Shown: piece after piece, positions 52,795 to 62,137 of the stretch
How the letters are laid out: every line of letters starts with the position of its first letter
How positions within the stretch are numbered: the stretch's first letter is position 1
IMG/VR virus record: IMGVR_UViG_3300027810_000002
Span: 96,001-160,000 of that record
Length of the DNA stretch: 64,000 nucleotides
Strand: one strand, 5' to 3'
Source: a virus
Made by a program: the position numbers and the translations under genes
The notes under the pieces: model-generated
Told to the model about the DNA's origin: nothing
Database searches by the model: none
What the model saw: only the letters and a program-made list of their open reading frames with translations

Positions 52795-52866
52795 AATGAT
52801 ATGAATTATGTTATGTTTATAATTGCACTATAAAAATTATATATCTGAGTCTTATGCTTATAAATG

Positions 52867-52900
52867 AAAAAAGGCCCTAATAAAAATTAGAGCCTTTTTT
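52867..52900. terminator. Bidirectional intrinsic terminator
   Basis: AAAAAAGGC(C)CTAAT/ATTAGAGCCTTTTTT. Confidence 0.8.
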
Positions 52901-52916
52901 AGATTGAGTCCTATTC

Positions 52917-53132
52917 TTAAATAGTACCTGGTCTTAGAGTGTCGATTGACTTTGCCAATAAGACAGAGTCTCTTACACTTAATCTTCCAGAATTCTGAGC
53001 TAATTGAGCCGCTTGGATCAATACGTTAACTGCAGCAGTCTCGTCGATGTTTGTAATTTCTTCAAATACTGGTGATAATTGTTGTTCAGCAGTTTCTTGA
53101 GTTTCAGCAGTTGCTGTGTTTTCTAGTGACAT
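52917..53132 (-). CDS. Hypothetical protein
   Basis: 71 aa with its own promoter and terminator. Confidence 0.7.
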   Translation of the reverse strand: MSLENTATAETQETAEQQLSPVFEEITNIDETAAVNVLIQAAQLAQNSGRLSVRDSVLLAKSIDTLRPGTI

Positions 53133-53173
53133 AATTTTTGTTTTTAAATTTATATTTGTTAACTAATACGAAT

Positions 53174-53200
53174 ATTATACTCGTGTTTCTTAAAAAGTTT
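53174..53200 (-). promoter_or_regulatory. AAAC-N17-TATAAT promoter
   Basis: taaac-tttttaagaaacacgag-tataat. Confidence 0.7.
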
Positions 53201-53201
53201 A

Positions 53202-53609
53202 CTAATTATTTAATATTTTATCTAAATCTTTTATACATGACAATACTTCACTGTATATCGTGTCAGCTTTGATAGATATAATCTCACTTCGATAAATTAC
53301 TTTATTAGTTTGTTTATTTGTAACTCGACATCTTAGTATGTATCGAGGTTTAATTCTTAATATAGGCTGTAGGTGTTTAACATTCCAGATCTGTGCTCTT
53401 GCTTCACCTGCAGCAGCAGCTGAGGTTTTTATACTTGCAATTACATGATAGTCTTTATTTTCGTTTTCATAGAAAGATTGAACTTCCTTAACGTTATTAG
53501 TAATTAAATAAAGGCGATATGCTGTTTGATAGGTAGACGCAAGCACAGTTTTCAACGCACTTGCATCTATCTTTTTTGTTATGTAAGGTTCTTGTAGGTT
53601 AAACTTCAC
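53202..53609 (-). CDS. Hypothetical protein
   Basis: 135 aa, GTG start. Confidence 0.65.
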   Translation of the reverse strand: MKFNLQEPYITKKIDASALKTVLASTYQTAYRLYLITNNVKEVQSFYENENKDYHVIASIKTSAAAAGEARAQIWNVKHLQPILRIKPRYILRCRVTNKQTNKVIYRSEIISIKADTIYSEVLSCIKDLDKILNN

Positions 53610-53910
53610 CCGGTTGTGTTTTATCCGTTCTTTGAACTAAGCCTAATCCGCCTAATCCATTGTCTGGTTGTGTTATTCTTCTTCTAACAGGCTTAACTAT
53701 TCTAGCTTCTTTAACTTGAGCTGTTAAACCAACAGGCTTAACTTCCTCTTCCAATTCTTCATCCTCTAGTATATCAAGTGGAGAATTAATCTCATTTGCT
53801 AGTTTGGTCCATTCTTGTATTTCATCCTCGTCTGTTCCTAAAACAGATTTACCAGATGCGACATTAGGATATTTAACCGGTCTATCTAAAGAATCCTCTA
53901 TTATTTCACT
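53599..53910 (-). CDS. Start-less 103-codon -1 frame extension of 53901..54422
   Basis: SEIIEDSLDRPVKYPNVASG...TDKTQPGEV*; no ATG in frame; entered only through the A9 run. Confidence 0.7.
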   Translation of the reverse strand, partial: SEIIEDSLDRPVKYPNVASGKSVLGTDEDEIQEWTKLANEINSPLDILEDEELEEEVKPVGLTAQVKEARIVKPVRRRITQPDNGLGGLGLVQRTDKTQPGEV

Positions 53911-54422
53911 TTTTTTTTCTCAGAAGTAACATTAATATCAGACGCTATATCTTCTAAATTAGTTGGAGATAATTCACCAACCTCAGATTCTGGTTTAATA
54001 TAATCTACTAGCGATTTAATAAATCCTAAAGCAACTAATGGTAAGATTGCTCCAGATACTGCAGCTAATAATCTTTTTTGTTCTAAAGGTTCCCATTCTA
54101 CTAGGTTAAATAATTCAACCCAACCATAATAGTTATCTAAGTTGATAAATGCATAGTACATGTTACCTTGCATCTGCATCGCGGTTATCGTGATAAATAG
54201 GGCCCATACTAGGGACTTGTTCATTTTATCTAAAGTTATTAATGCCGCTAGCGATGCTGCTGCTCCTAATTCAAATCCAATTGCTAGGGTTATTGCTAAC
54301 CACTTTGGGTTAGATAGTTCGAAGAAATCGACAACGTGAATTGTTGATACAACACTCACTAAAATGTATAGTGAAACGAAAGTTCCAATGATGAAATTGT
54401 TAACTAATTTACTCTGGTTCAT
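53901..54422 (-). CDS. Four-TM membrane protein
   Basis: 173 aa ending at GAG AAA AAA AAA GTG AAA TAA. Confidence 0.8.
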   Translation of the reverse strand: MNQSKLVNNFIIGTFVSLYILVSVVSTIHVVDFFELSNPKWLAITLAIGFELGAAASLAALITLDKMNKSLVWALFITITAMQMQGNMYYAFINLDNYYGWVELFNLVEWEPLEQKRLLAAVSGAILPLVALGFIKSLVDYIKPESEVGELSPTNLEDIASDINVTSEKKKVK

Positions 54423-54423
54423 A

Positions 54424-54732
54424 TTATTTAGATTCTAATTCATCGATTAAACGCTCGATCTCGTTTTGGCGTTGAACATCTAACATCTTTCTGTCAGTTC
54501 CTTGAATCATTCTCTTCTCAGCTTTTAAACCTTCGATTCTTATATCTAATTTAGTTGGAAGTGTTTCTATAGTTGCTTTTAATTCAGCAGCTGCAGTATG
54601 TTCAATTTTAAGTTCTTTCTTAACTCTTGTTAATTCGGAGTCTACTCCGCATGATTTAAAGTATACTAGTACTAATAAGATAGTAATTACCTTAGATCCG
54701 TGTTTTGCAAAAAATGCATTGATTTTATTCAT
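54424..54732 (-). CDS. Membrane-anchored coiled-coil protein (spanin-like architecture)
   Basis: TM ending YFKSC, followed by heptads. Confidence 0.6.
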   Translation of the reverse strand: MNKINAFFAKHGSKVITILLVLVYFKSCGVDSELTRVKKELKIEHTAAAELKATIETLPTKLDIRIEGLKAEKRMIQGTDRKMLDVQRQNEIERLIDELESK

Positions 54733-54801
54733 AATTCTAATATTTGTTTAAGTTTTATGTTGTTTATATATCTCGATTTAAATAATAAACTTATCTAGTT
54801 A

Positions 54802-54828
54802 GTTATACGTTAAAATTCAAGATTGTTT
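54802..54828 (-). promoter_or_regulatory. AAAC-N17-TATAAC promoter
   Basis: taaac-aatcttgaattttaacg-tataac; late motif GATATATA also at 54765-54772. Confidence 0.6.
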
Positions 54829-54831
54829 ATT

Positions 54832-57800
54832 TTATCCACAATATAGATATCCATATACTCCTTCAGACTTTCCTTCGGTATCAAATGCACAATCTTCCAT
54901 ACATTTACCTACGGTATATGATGTGATAGTTTGTCTTTCTTCATACTGTGGAGTTCCATCTTCAAATCCAATTATTACCCATTCAGTTGGTTGTTTCATA
55001 ACATATCCTGGTGTATCTGAAGAACATACTAAATCCCCTATAAGAACAAGTCCATTTTGATCACATACTTTCATACCAGTTAATCCACCTTCACGTGAAT
55101 CTCCAATAGATGCTACTCTCCAAATCGTTTTAATATCTCTATCATCTACTGGTATTTTATTTCCTAGTGAGTCTCTGTAATGGTGTGGTTTTTCTGAAGT
55201 ATCTTTTCCGTTTGGTAAAAATTTATCTAATGGGCTCTCCTTTATAGTAAAATCAAGACCTTGCCACAATATACCTACGATAGCAGTATCTTGTACTGAA
55301 GATGCTTTAACTAATTCGTTGTTTTCATCTAACTTAACCAAATCTCCAACTTCTATCTGCATATCATTTCTTTTAATATACATGTGTGATGCTGTAAAGC
55401 CAATTGGATCTAGCATTTTAGGGCTATCACTAATGGTCGCACCACTACCGCTATCATATGTAACGTCCTCATATCGGTTTGCATAATTTCCTGCTATAGT
55501 TTGAAAATCATTTCTAAAATCAGAAAATTTATTATCTCCGAATTTTACTTCGGGTTTAAATCTAAGTAATTTATATCCGTCATCGCCAAATAAAGGGTCA
55601 TCATTAGAATCTAACTCAATATCAAATATAGAACTTGCAAGTCCACCTGCAATTGTTGCGCCTCCTTCAATGTCCATATCACCTCTAAACTTCGCATTAC
55701 CCGATGGGTCTATATAAAAATTCTTAGCATTAATAGCACCATTATCTAAATTAATACCCATACCAAGAGAGGTATAATCATCCCATCCTGCTACTCCAGA
55801 AAAATTAGCATTCTTTATGACACCTGTTGTTATCTTTCCTCCACTTATTACTGTTGACGTTGTTAAGAACGTACTAGTGTCTGGATCTGGTCCTTGAGGT
55901 CCAGTAGCACCAGTCTTACCTTCAGCTGACACTGAAAGCGTTTGTTGTTTTGTAAAAGGAAAGGTTGCACCATTAGATCTTTTCACAATAATATTATAAT
56001 CAACGTATGCTGATTTGTATAGTATATTAGTATGATCTGCAACACCTACAGTCTTACCTGAGATATATGTATTCCCTGGGGTAATTCCTGAACCACTGCG
56101 AGTTATCATGTATTGTCCGTTGGTCAGTCCAGATTGGTTAGTGGTTGCACTATATTGTAATTCATTTACACCCTCATATACCTGTAGCCTGGTTCCTGAT
56201 CCGATGTAATTAACTGTTCCGAATCCAACGCCAGCGCCACTTCCACTTCCGCTACCGGCTAGTGCAGGTAAGGTATGAGACTCATTGCTCATTATTATTG
56301 ATATTGCATCTTCACCATCTTTAGATGACTGAAGTCCTGCCATTGTTATCTGATCCCTTGCTAAAATAGGTGCCGTTCCATTACCTTCTCTAATCTCTAC
56401 TTCTATAGTTTGTGGCATACGATCATAATCTGCAGGTGGAGCGTATGTGTACGTAATTTCCGTTGATGGACCTTGTACAACTATATCATTTAAAAGAAAA
56501 GTATAATAAACTGTTCCTGTTGTATTAAGCGCTTTTGCCCTAACCCCTATATCATTTATAAACCATCGTTCTCCAGTATGTTGGTATGGAACTACATATG
56601 AGGTTGCTACTAAATTTACAGCTCTATAATTTGATCCAGCCGATCCAGTGTTACCCACAGCTCCTTGTACTCCAGATAATCCTTGTGACCCCTTTGCTCC
56701 AGTAGGTCCAGTTGGTCCTGTTGGTCCTGCTGGGCCATCAGTAAAACTAACTTCTCCGTTAAACGCAACCTGTCCGTTTTTTATTGAGAATGGCGTTAAT
56801 AATGTACCATTTTTGACATCTGCACTAGTTATTTTAAAACTATCTGCAAGAAACGCTATTGAACTTCCAGTTTCATTTGCACCTAATTTCATACCTGCAA
56901 CATTACCATTTGTATTTACTTCTAATGTATATTGCGCTTCTATTGTACTTGTAATTGCGTTTATATCTGCTGTTTGTTGGGTGGTTACTCCAGCAGTTTC
57001 ACTTCCTAGAGCTGCTATTAAACTTGTTGTTGAGGTAACAGTTGCTTGGTTTGCAGTTGCGACCGTACTGTCTATTGTTGATTTAATGGCCGAAGATCCT
57101 CTAACTCCGGTGATAGATCCATCGTTGGGATTTATCTTGTATTCTGCTTCCAGTGTATCTACTCTACTGGCTGCTGCTGCATTTAATGTTGTTAGTGCTG
57201 TTTCAGTTGATGTTATAGCTGCATTAGTTTCTACGATATCTGTTGAAACACTTGAAGTTAATTCAGTAATTCTGTTTGAAAGAGCAGTGTCTGCTGTTGC
57301 AAATGTTGTTTCAGCTGTATTAATATCTGCGTTAGTTGCCACAAGATTAGTTGAAACACTTGCAGTTAAAGTATCTATTCTACCTGAAAGGGCAGTGTCT
57401 GCTGTCGCAAATGCAGTTTCAATTGTACCAATATCTGCGTTAGTTGCTACGATATCTGTTGAAACACTGGCGGTTAAAGTATCTATTCTACCTGAAAGAG
57501 CGGTATCTGCTGTTGCGAATGCTATTTCAGCAGTATCTATTGCCGCATTAGTTGCTACGATATCTGTTGAAACACTTGCAGTTAAAGTATCTACTCTGTT
57601 TGAGATTGCAGTGTCTGCGTTTACAAATGCAGTTTCAACTGTACCAATGTCTGCGTTAGTTGCAGCGATATCTGTTGAAACACTAGCTGTTAAAGTATCT
57701 ATTCTACCTGCAAGGGCGGTGTCTGCATTTGCAAATACCGTTTCAGCCGTGCTAATATCTGCATTAGTTGTAGCGATATCGGTCGAAACACTAGCTGTTA

Positions 57801-60513
57801 AAGTATCTATTCTACTTGAAAGAGCAGCGTCCGCTGTTGCAAGTGTAGTTTCGGCTGTACCAATATCTGCATTAGTTGCAACAAGATTGGTTGAAACACT
57901 TGTAGTTAAATTAGTAATTCTTTCAGATAAAGCGGAATCCGCAGTCGTGTATGTCGTTTCAACTGTACTAATATCTGCATTAGTTGCAACAAGATTGGTT
58001 GAAACGCTAGCATTTAAAGTATCTATTCTACTTGCAAGAGCCGAATCCGCTGTTGCAGCAGTTTGTTCGGCCGTACTGATATCTGCATTAGTTGCAGCAA
58101 TGTCGGTTGAAACACTTGCTGTTAATTCAGTAATTCTTTCTGCTAATGCAGCATCTTTCGCCGCTAATGTGGTTTCGGTGGTATTTATATCTGCATTAGT
58201 TGCAGCGATGTCTGTTGAAACGCTGGCTGTTAAAGTATCTATTCTACCCGCAAGAGCAGTGTCTGCTGTTGCGAATGCGGTTTCGGTGGTATTTATATCT
58301 GCGTTGGTTGTAGCTAGATCGGTTGATACGCTGGCAGTTAAATTAGTAATTCTTTCCGATAATGCGGAATCCTCCAATGCTAGTGCTGTTTCAGTTGATG
58401 TTATATCTGCGTTAGTTGTCGCGATATCTGTTGAAACGCTTGCCGTTAATTCAGTAATTCTATTTGAAAGGGCTGAGTCGCTGGTTGTATATGCAGTTTC
58501 TACAGAACTTAAATTAGCTTCTGTTGTAGCACTTTCTGTTGAAACGCTTGCCGTTAATTCAGTAATTCTATTTGAAAGGGCTGAGTCGCTGGTTGTATAT
58601 GCAGTTTCTACAGAACTTAAATTAGCTTCTGTTGTAGCACTTTCTGTTGAAACTTTAGCTGTCAAAGTTTCAATTCTCTGTAACATGGCAGTGTCCTCGT
58701 CAACAAGTGCTGTCATATCGTTTTCTATACTAGCAGTTACTATTAATTCATCAGAACTAAGCTGTGCAATTAAAGAACTTGCTTGGGTTACTACCGCTCC
58801 ATCTGCATTTGCAAATGCGGTTTCAATTGAACCTAGATCTGCTTGAGTTACTGCGCCATCAGCTGTAAAGCTTGTAGCTAATTCATCTATTCTGGTTGCT
58901 AAAGCACCATCTGCCGTTGTAAGTACAGTTTCAGTAGAAGTTATTGTTGCGTTAGTTTCAACAAGATTGGTTGAAACACTGGCTTCTAAAATATCTATTT
59001 TACTTGAAAGAGCAGTATCTTCATTAGCTAGTATTGTTATATCTGATGAAACTCCTGCATTTGTTTGTACTAGTTCATTACTAATTTCCGCAGTTAATGC
59101 TCTTGTTTCTGAAATAACAACTTCATCGGCAGCTACGGTTACCTGTAATAAAGATGTTATGTCGGCTGATGCTAATGCACTTTCAGATGAAATCTCAGCC
59201 TGTAGCGATTCTTTTAATTCGATTAGTGCTGCATCTGCTGTTGCTATTGCAGTTATGCTTTCGCCTAAGCTTATATTTGTATTTGTTAATTCAGTCGATA
59301 CAACTGCGTTTAATCTCTTTGCTTCTGTTAGTATTGCTTCGTCTTCATCTGCTAAAAAAGAAGATATTGATTCTAATCCAGCAACGGTTTCAGAACTTGC
59401 AGTACTAAATGATGTTTCAACTGAAGTTGATAACTGTGCAAAAGCCTCACTTGAAGTAACTAATGCATTAACATCCTGTCGAATACTTGCTTCCGCACTT
59501 GTGATGTCATCACTTAGTGTTGCATTAACACTGTCTATTTTTTGATCTAAAACAAAGTTACCATCTGATATTTCACCATTTAGGTAATCTTGTAAACCAC
59601 TTACCCTAGTCTCAATTGAACCATTAACTTGAATAAATTCAGCAGAAGTTGCATCTGCAATTGAATTAATATACGTATCATTGTCTGAAATAAGACTGTT
59701 TATTGATTGGGTAGTATTGTCAAGAGTAGAAGAAACTAAATCTGTGACCGCGTTAGCTTCTGAAACCTCCGAAGTTAATCTTTCTCTTAAAACCTCTAGA
59801 TTCTCTTCTATAGATACTTGAGTATCGTTAATTTTTGTATTTGTTGATGCTATATTATCTTCAACAGATGCTCTAGTTTCGCTGATTTCATTTTCAATTG
59901 AACTAGTGTTATTATCTAATATTGTTTCTGCTTGAGATCGTATTGTGTTCGCTAAATCAAGAGACACTAGCATAGCATCAATAATACTTGTAACTTCATC
60001 GTCTGATATCGCAGCGGAATCAATTATAGATCCATTTACATTTAATTGACCATCAACGATACTAATACTATTTTCTCCTAAATAAAGCGTACTATTACTT
60101 AAATAAATATCTCTAAATTTATTTGTAGCGGATCCTAAATCGTATGATACGTTTGCATCAGGTATTAAACTACTAACAACAGTACCTCCTATAATATTAG
60201 ATGAACCTCCTCCTCCTCCAGTAGCTGTAATCCATACATAATCTCCAACTTCAGCGCCTTTATCAATATATGTAACGTCGCTTGTTATTACTTTATGTAG
60301 TTTTAAAACTTTATCTATATCATTTATTAGATCTAATTCTCCATCGGAGCCCGATCCCATTACCAGATAACCATTAAGAGTTTTCCCAATTAAACTTAAA
60401 TTGGAATCCATTTCATCGTGTTTCAGCGCTCTTTTTAAAACCTTTCGATAGTTTGGTGTATATTTACCGTTTTCGTCCTTGTTGAAATAGTCTCTAGAAT
60501 TTCCTTGTTGCAT
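54832..60513 (-). CDS. Long tail-fibre protein (1893 aa): anchor, 36-aa coiled-coil repeats, DUF1983-like domain, short collagen, beta domains, C-terminal chaperone-like domain
   Basis: ALKHDEMDSNL anchor; RIDTLTASVSTDIAATNADI repeats; QYTLEVNTNGNVAGMKLG...FLADSF...PFSI; FTASH...GDLVCSS..PGYVMKQ...YTVGK. Confidence 0.85.
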   Translation of the reverse strand: MQQGNSRDYFNKDENGKYTPNYRKVLKRALKHDEMDSNLSLIGKTLNGYLVMGSGSDGELDLINDIDKVLKLHKVITSDVTYIDKGAEVGDYVWITATGGGGGSSNIIGGTVVSSLIPDANVSYDLGSATNKFRDIYLSNSTLYLGENSISIVDGQLNVNGSIIDSAAISDDEVTSIIDAMLVSLDLANTIRSQAETILDNNTSSIENEISETRASVEDNIASTNTKINDTQVSIEENLEVLRERLTSEVSEANAVTDLVSSTLDNTTQSINSLISDNDTYINSIADATSAEFIQVNGSIETRVSGLQDYLNGEISDGNFVLDQKIDSVNATLSDDITSAEASIRQDVNALVTSSEAFAQLSTSVETSFSTASSETVAGLESISSFLADEDEAILTEAKRLNAVVSTELTNTNISLGESITAIATADAALIELKESLQAEISSESALASADITSLLQVTVAADEVVISETRALTAEISNELVQTNAGVSSDITILANEDTALSSKIDILEASVSTNLVETNATITSTETVLTTADGALATRIDELATSFTADGAVTQADLGSIETAFANADGAVVTQASSLIAQLSSDELIVTASIENDMTALVDEDTAMLQRIETLTAKVSTESATTEANLSSVETAYTTSDSALSNRITELTASVSTESATTEANLSSVETAYTTSDSALSNRITELTASVSTDIATTNADITSTETALALEDSALSERITNLTASVSTDLATTNADINTTETAFATADTALAGRIDTLTASVSTDIAATNADINTTETTLAAKDAALAERITELTASVSTDIAATNADISTAEQTAATADSALASRIDTLNASVSTNLVATNADISTVETTYTTADSALSERITNLTTSVSTNLVATNADIGTAETTLATADAALSSRIDTLTASVSTDIATTNADISTAETVFANADTALAGRIDTLTASVSTDIAATNADIGTVETAFVNADTAISNRVDTLTASVSTDIVATNAAIDTAEIAFATADTALSGRIDTLTASVSTDIVATNADIGTIETAFATADTALSGRIDTLTASVSTNLVATNADINTAETTFATADTALSNRITELTSSVSTDIVETNAAITSTETALTTLNAAAASRVDTLEAEYKINPNDGSITGVRGSSAIKSTIDSTVATANQATVTSTTSLIAALGSETAGVTTQQTADINAITSTIEAQYTLEVNTNGNVAGMKLGANETGSSIAFLADSFKITSADVKNGTLLTPFSIKNGQVAFNGEVSFTDGPAGPTGPTGPTGAKGSQGLSGVQGAVGNTGSAGSNYRAVNLVATSYVVPYQHTGERWFINDIGVRAKALNTTGTVYYTFLLNDIVVQGPSTEITYTYAPPADYDRMPQTIEVEIREGNGTAPILARDQITMAGLQSSKDGEDAISIIMSNESHTLPALAGSGSGSGAGVGFGTVNYIGSGTRLQVYEGVNELQYSATTNQSGLTNGQYMITRSGSGITPGNTYISGKTVGVADHTNILYKSAYVDYNIIVKRSNGATFPFTKQQTLSVSAEGKTGATGPQGPDPDTSTFLTTSTVISGGKITTGVIKNANFSGVAGWDDYTSLGMGINLDNGAINAKNFYIDPSGNAKFRGDMDIEGGATIAGGLASSIFDIELDSNDDPLFGDDGYKLLRFKPEVKFGDNKFSDFRNDFQTIAGNYANRYEDVTYDSGSGATISDSPKMLDPIGFTASHMYIKRNDMQIEVGDLVKLDENNELVKASSVQDTAIVGILWQGLDFTIKESPLDKFLPNGKDTSEKPHHYRDSLGNKIPVDDRDIKTIWRVASIGDSREGGLTGMKVCDQNGLVLIGDLVCSSDTPGYVMKQPTEWVIIGFEDGTPQYEERQTITSYTVGKCMEDCAFDTEGKSEGVYGYLYCG

Positions 60514-60575
60514 TTTAATACTTTATTTTTAAATATATCGTATTATATTTATCTCAATTATAATGTATAAAATAC

Positions 60576-60604
60576 AAAAAGCCTATATTTTCATATAGGC
60601 TTTT
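60576..60604. terminator. Bidirectional intrinsic terminator
   Basis: AAAAAGCCTATAT/ATATAGGCTTTT. Confidence 0.8.
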
Positions 60605-60842
60605 ATTTATTTGCTTTTTGATTCTGTGATTTGAATTTAGAAGAGGGGTTTGATTTAGAATGTTTTGTCTTACGACCTTTAACTCGTTTTCTCCACATTT
60701 TAAAACTAGATTCTTTCATGTTAGATCTCATTATCTTTCTAACATCATTTTCTTTTATACCGAATTGAAATTCAATAGCTTCAAAAGGGGTTCGATCCTC
60801 CCATGCCATTTCTATAATTCTATCGATTTGTTCTTCTGTCAT
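60603..60842 (-). CDS. TIGR03643/DUF2805 family protein
   Basis: RIIEMAWEDRTPFEAI..QFG...SSFKMWRKRV.GR.TKH. Confidence 0.9.
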   Translation of the reverse strand: MTEEQIDRIIEMAWEDRTPFEAIEFQFGIKENDVRKIMRSNMKESSFKMWRKRVKGRKTKHSKSNPSSKFKSQNQKANK

Positions 60843-61415
60843 TTATTTCAAATCTCTTTTAATATCTTTCTTTACTACTTCTAAATATTTTGCTCTCTTT
60901 TCATCAGATACAAAAGGTACTGACCAAAATTGCTTTGTTTTAAACCATCTATTTAGATTCCATCCAAATACAAATGTATATACTCCCATTACTAAACGAA
61001 GTTTCACTGAGTTTAAATAGAGAGTTAGTACGGGTAGGGATGGCGCTCCGTGTGTAATATAAGTTCTAACTTTTTTATCACTTAAAAAGGGTTGAGGATA
61101 TGCGTATGCACCAATTAACGGTACAAATTTATATGCAAAACCTGGTGTAAATACTTCATCGAAAAAGATTTCCATCCTCGGAGTTAATCTAAACCACCAT
61201 ACTGGAGATACAAAATAAATACGATCTGACCATGTAACCATATCTTGGTACCCTTTAATTAGATCGGTCCTTGGTCTTATAAAATCATCTGAATAGAGAT
61301 CCGCTATCTTTGTTTCTTCTCCTTCGACATCCAATTCTTTTACAATAGTCTTATAAATACCATTATAACAGAATGATTTCTGATCAGGGTGCGCTATCAC
61401 TATTAAATTTTTCAT
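60843..61415 (-). CDS. NAD(P)H-dependent oxidoreductase, flavodoxin-like (MdaB/KefF family)
   Basis: IAHPDQKSF, DLY, SPVWWF, FFDEVFTPGFAY. Confidence 0.85.
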   Translation of the reverse strand: MKNLIVIAHPDQKSFCYNGIYKTIVKELDVEGEETKIADLYSDDFIRPRTDLIKGYQDMVTWSDRIYFVSPVWWFRLTPRMEIFFDEVFTPGFAYKFVPLIGAYAYPQPFLSDKKVRTYITHGAPSLPVLTLYLNSVKLRLVMGVYTFVFGWNLNRWFKTKQFWSVPFVSDEKRAKYLEVVKKDIKRDLK

Positions 61416-61417
61416 AG

Positions 61418-62137
61418 TTACTTATTATTATTTCTTTTAAGATCAATATCCCAAGGTTTAATTGTTTGGAATTTACATGCTAACATGTTTGTTGAATTAT
61501 TAGTACCTAACCAAATAGTACAGTTCTTATTAATTGCTTTTATTTCAAAAGATTTAGAGTATCTAAATGAATGCCAATTTCCTATTCTATATAAGATATA
61601 ACCAGTTCCTATGATTGAAGTACGATTAGATTGGATTTCACCAGTGTTTACTTGCCATATATCATCTTTAGGATTATCTGTCGCATATTTAATTTCTGCA
61701 CGAGCTTCCCATCTGCCGTCTTGCTTGTATTTAGTACCGTCGTATTTTCTTAAATCATCAATAACTGTTTTTGTTACTGTGATGTTGTTGTTTCCTGAAC
61801 CTTTCTTAAATTTTGAACTAGGTACTGGAAATAAACTTCTAAAATTAATAACTCTATTCCTAGAAACCATCCAGTAATAAGCTATCTTAAAGTTTTCTTC
61901 TTCTAATCCCTCTCTACGTAGGAAAACTTGATAATCTACCCCATATCCAGTTGGTGTAATTCTACCATCATCCATCCAAATCCAAAAAGGACTCCATTTA
62001 CCTAAACCTCTAAATACCCATGCTATTGGAAACATATACGGAGATGTTAATACTCCAAATAAGTTTACTGGGACCGCTGATATGAACCATCTAACGTGGA
62101 TCCATATGTTTCTAAAAACTGTTTTAATTCCTTCCAT
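61418..62137 (-). CDS. Hypothetical membrane-associated protein
   Basis: 239 aa, hydrophobic N-terminus, W..RN motif. Confidence 0.65.
   Translation of the reverse strand: MEGIKTVFRNIWIHVRWFISAVPVNLFGVLTSPYMFPIAWVFRGLGKWSPFWIWMDDGRITPTGYGVDYQVFLRREGLEEENFKIAYYWMVSRNRVINFRSLFPVPSSKFKKGSGNNNITVTKTVIDDLRKYDGTKYKQDGRWEARAEIKYATDNPKDDIWQVNTGEIQSNRTSIIGTGYILYRIGNWHSFRYSKSFEIKAINKNCTIWLGTNNSTNMLACKFQTIKPWDIDLKRNNNK

Noticed and set aside
56648-59545. 732-aa and 192-aa plus-strand ORFs
   Set aside because: In-register antisense shadows of the Ala/Thr-rich tail-fibre repeats.
54832-60513. Diversity-generating retroelement targeting the fibres
   Set aside because: No reverse transcriptase and no template/variable repeat pair with adenine-specific mismatches seen in this window.
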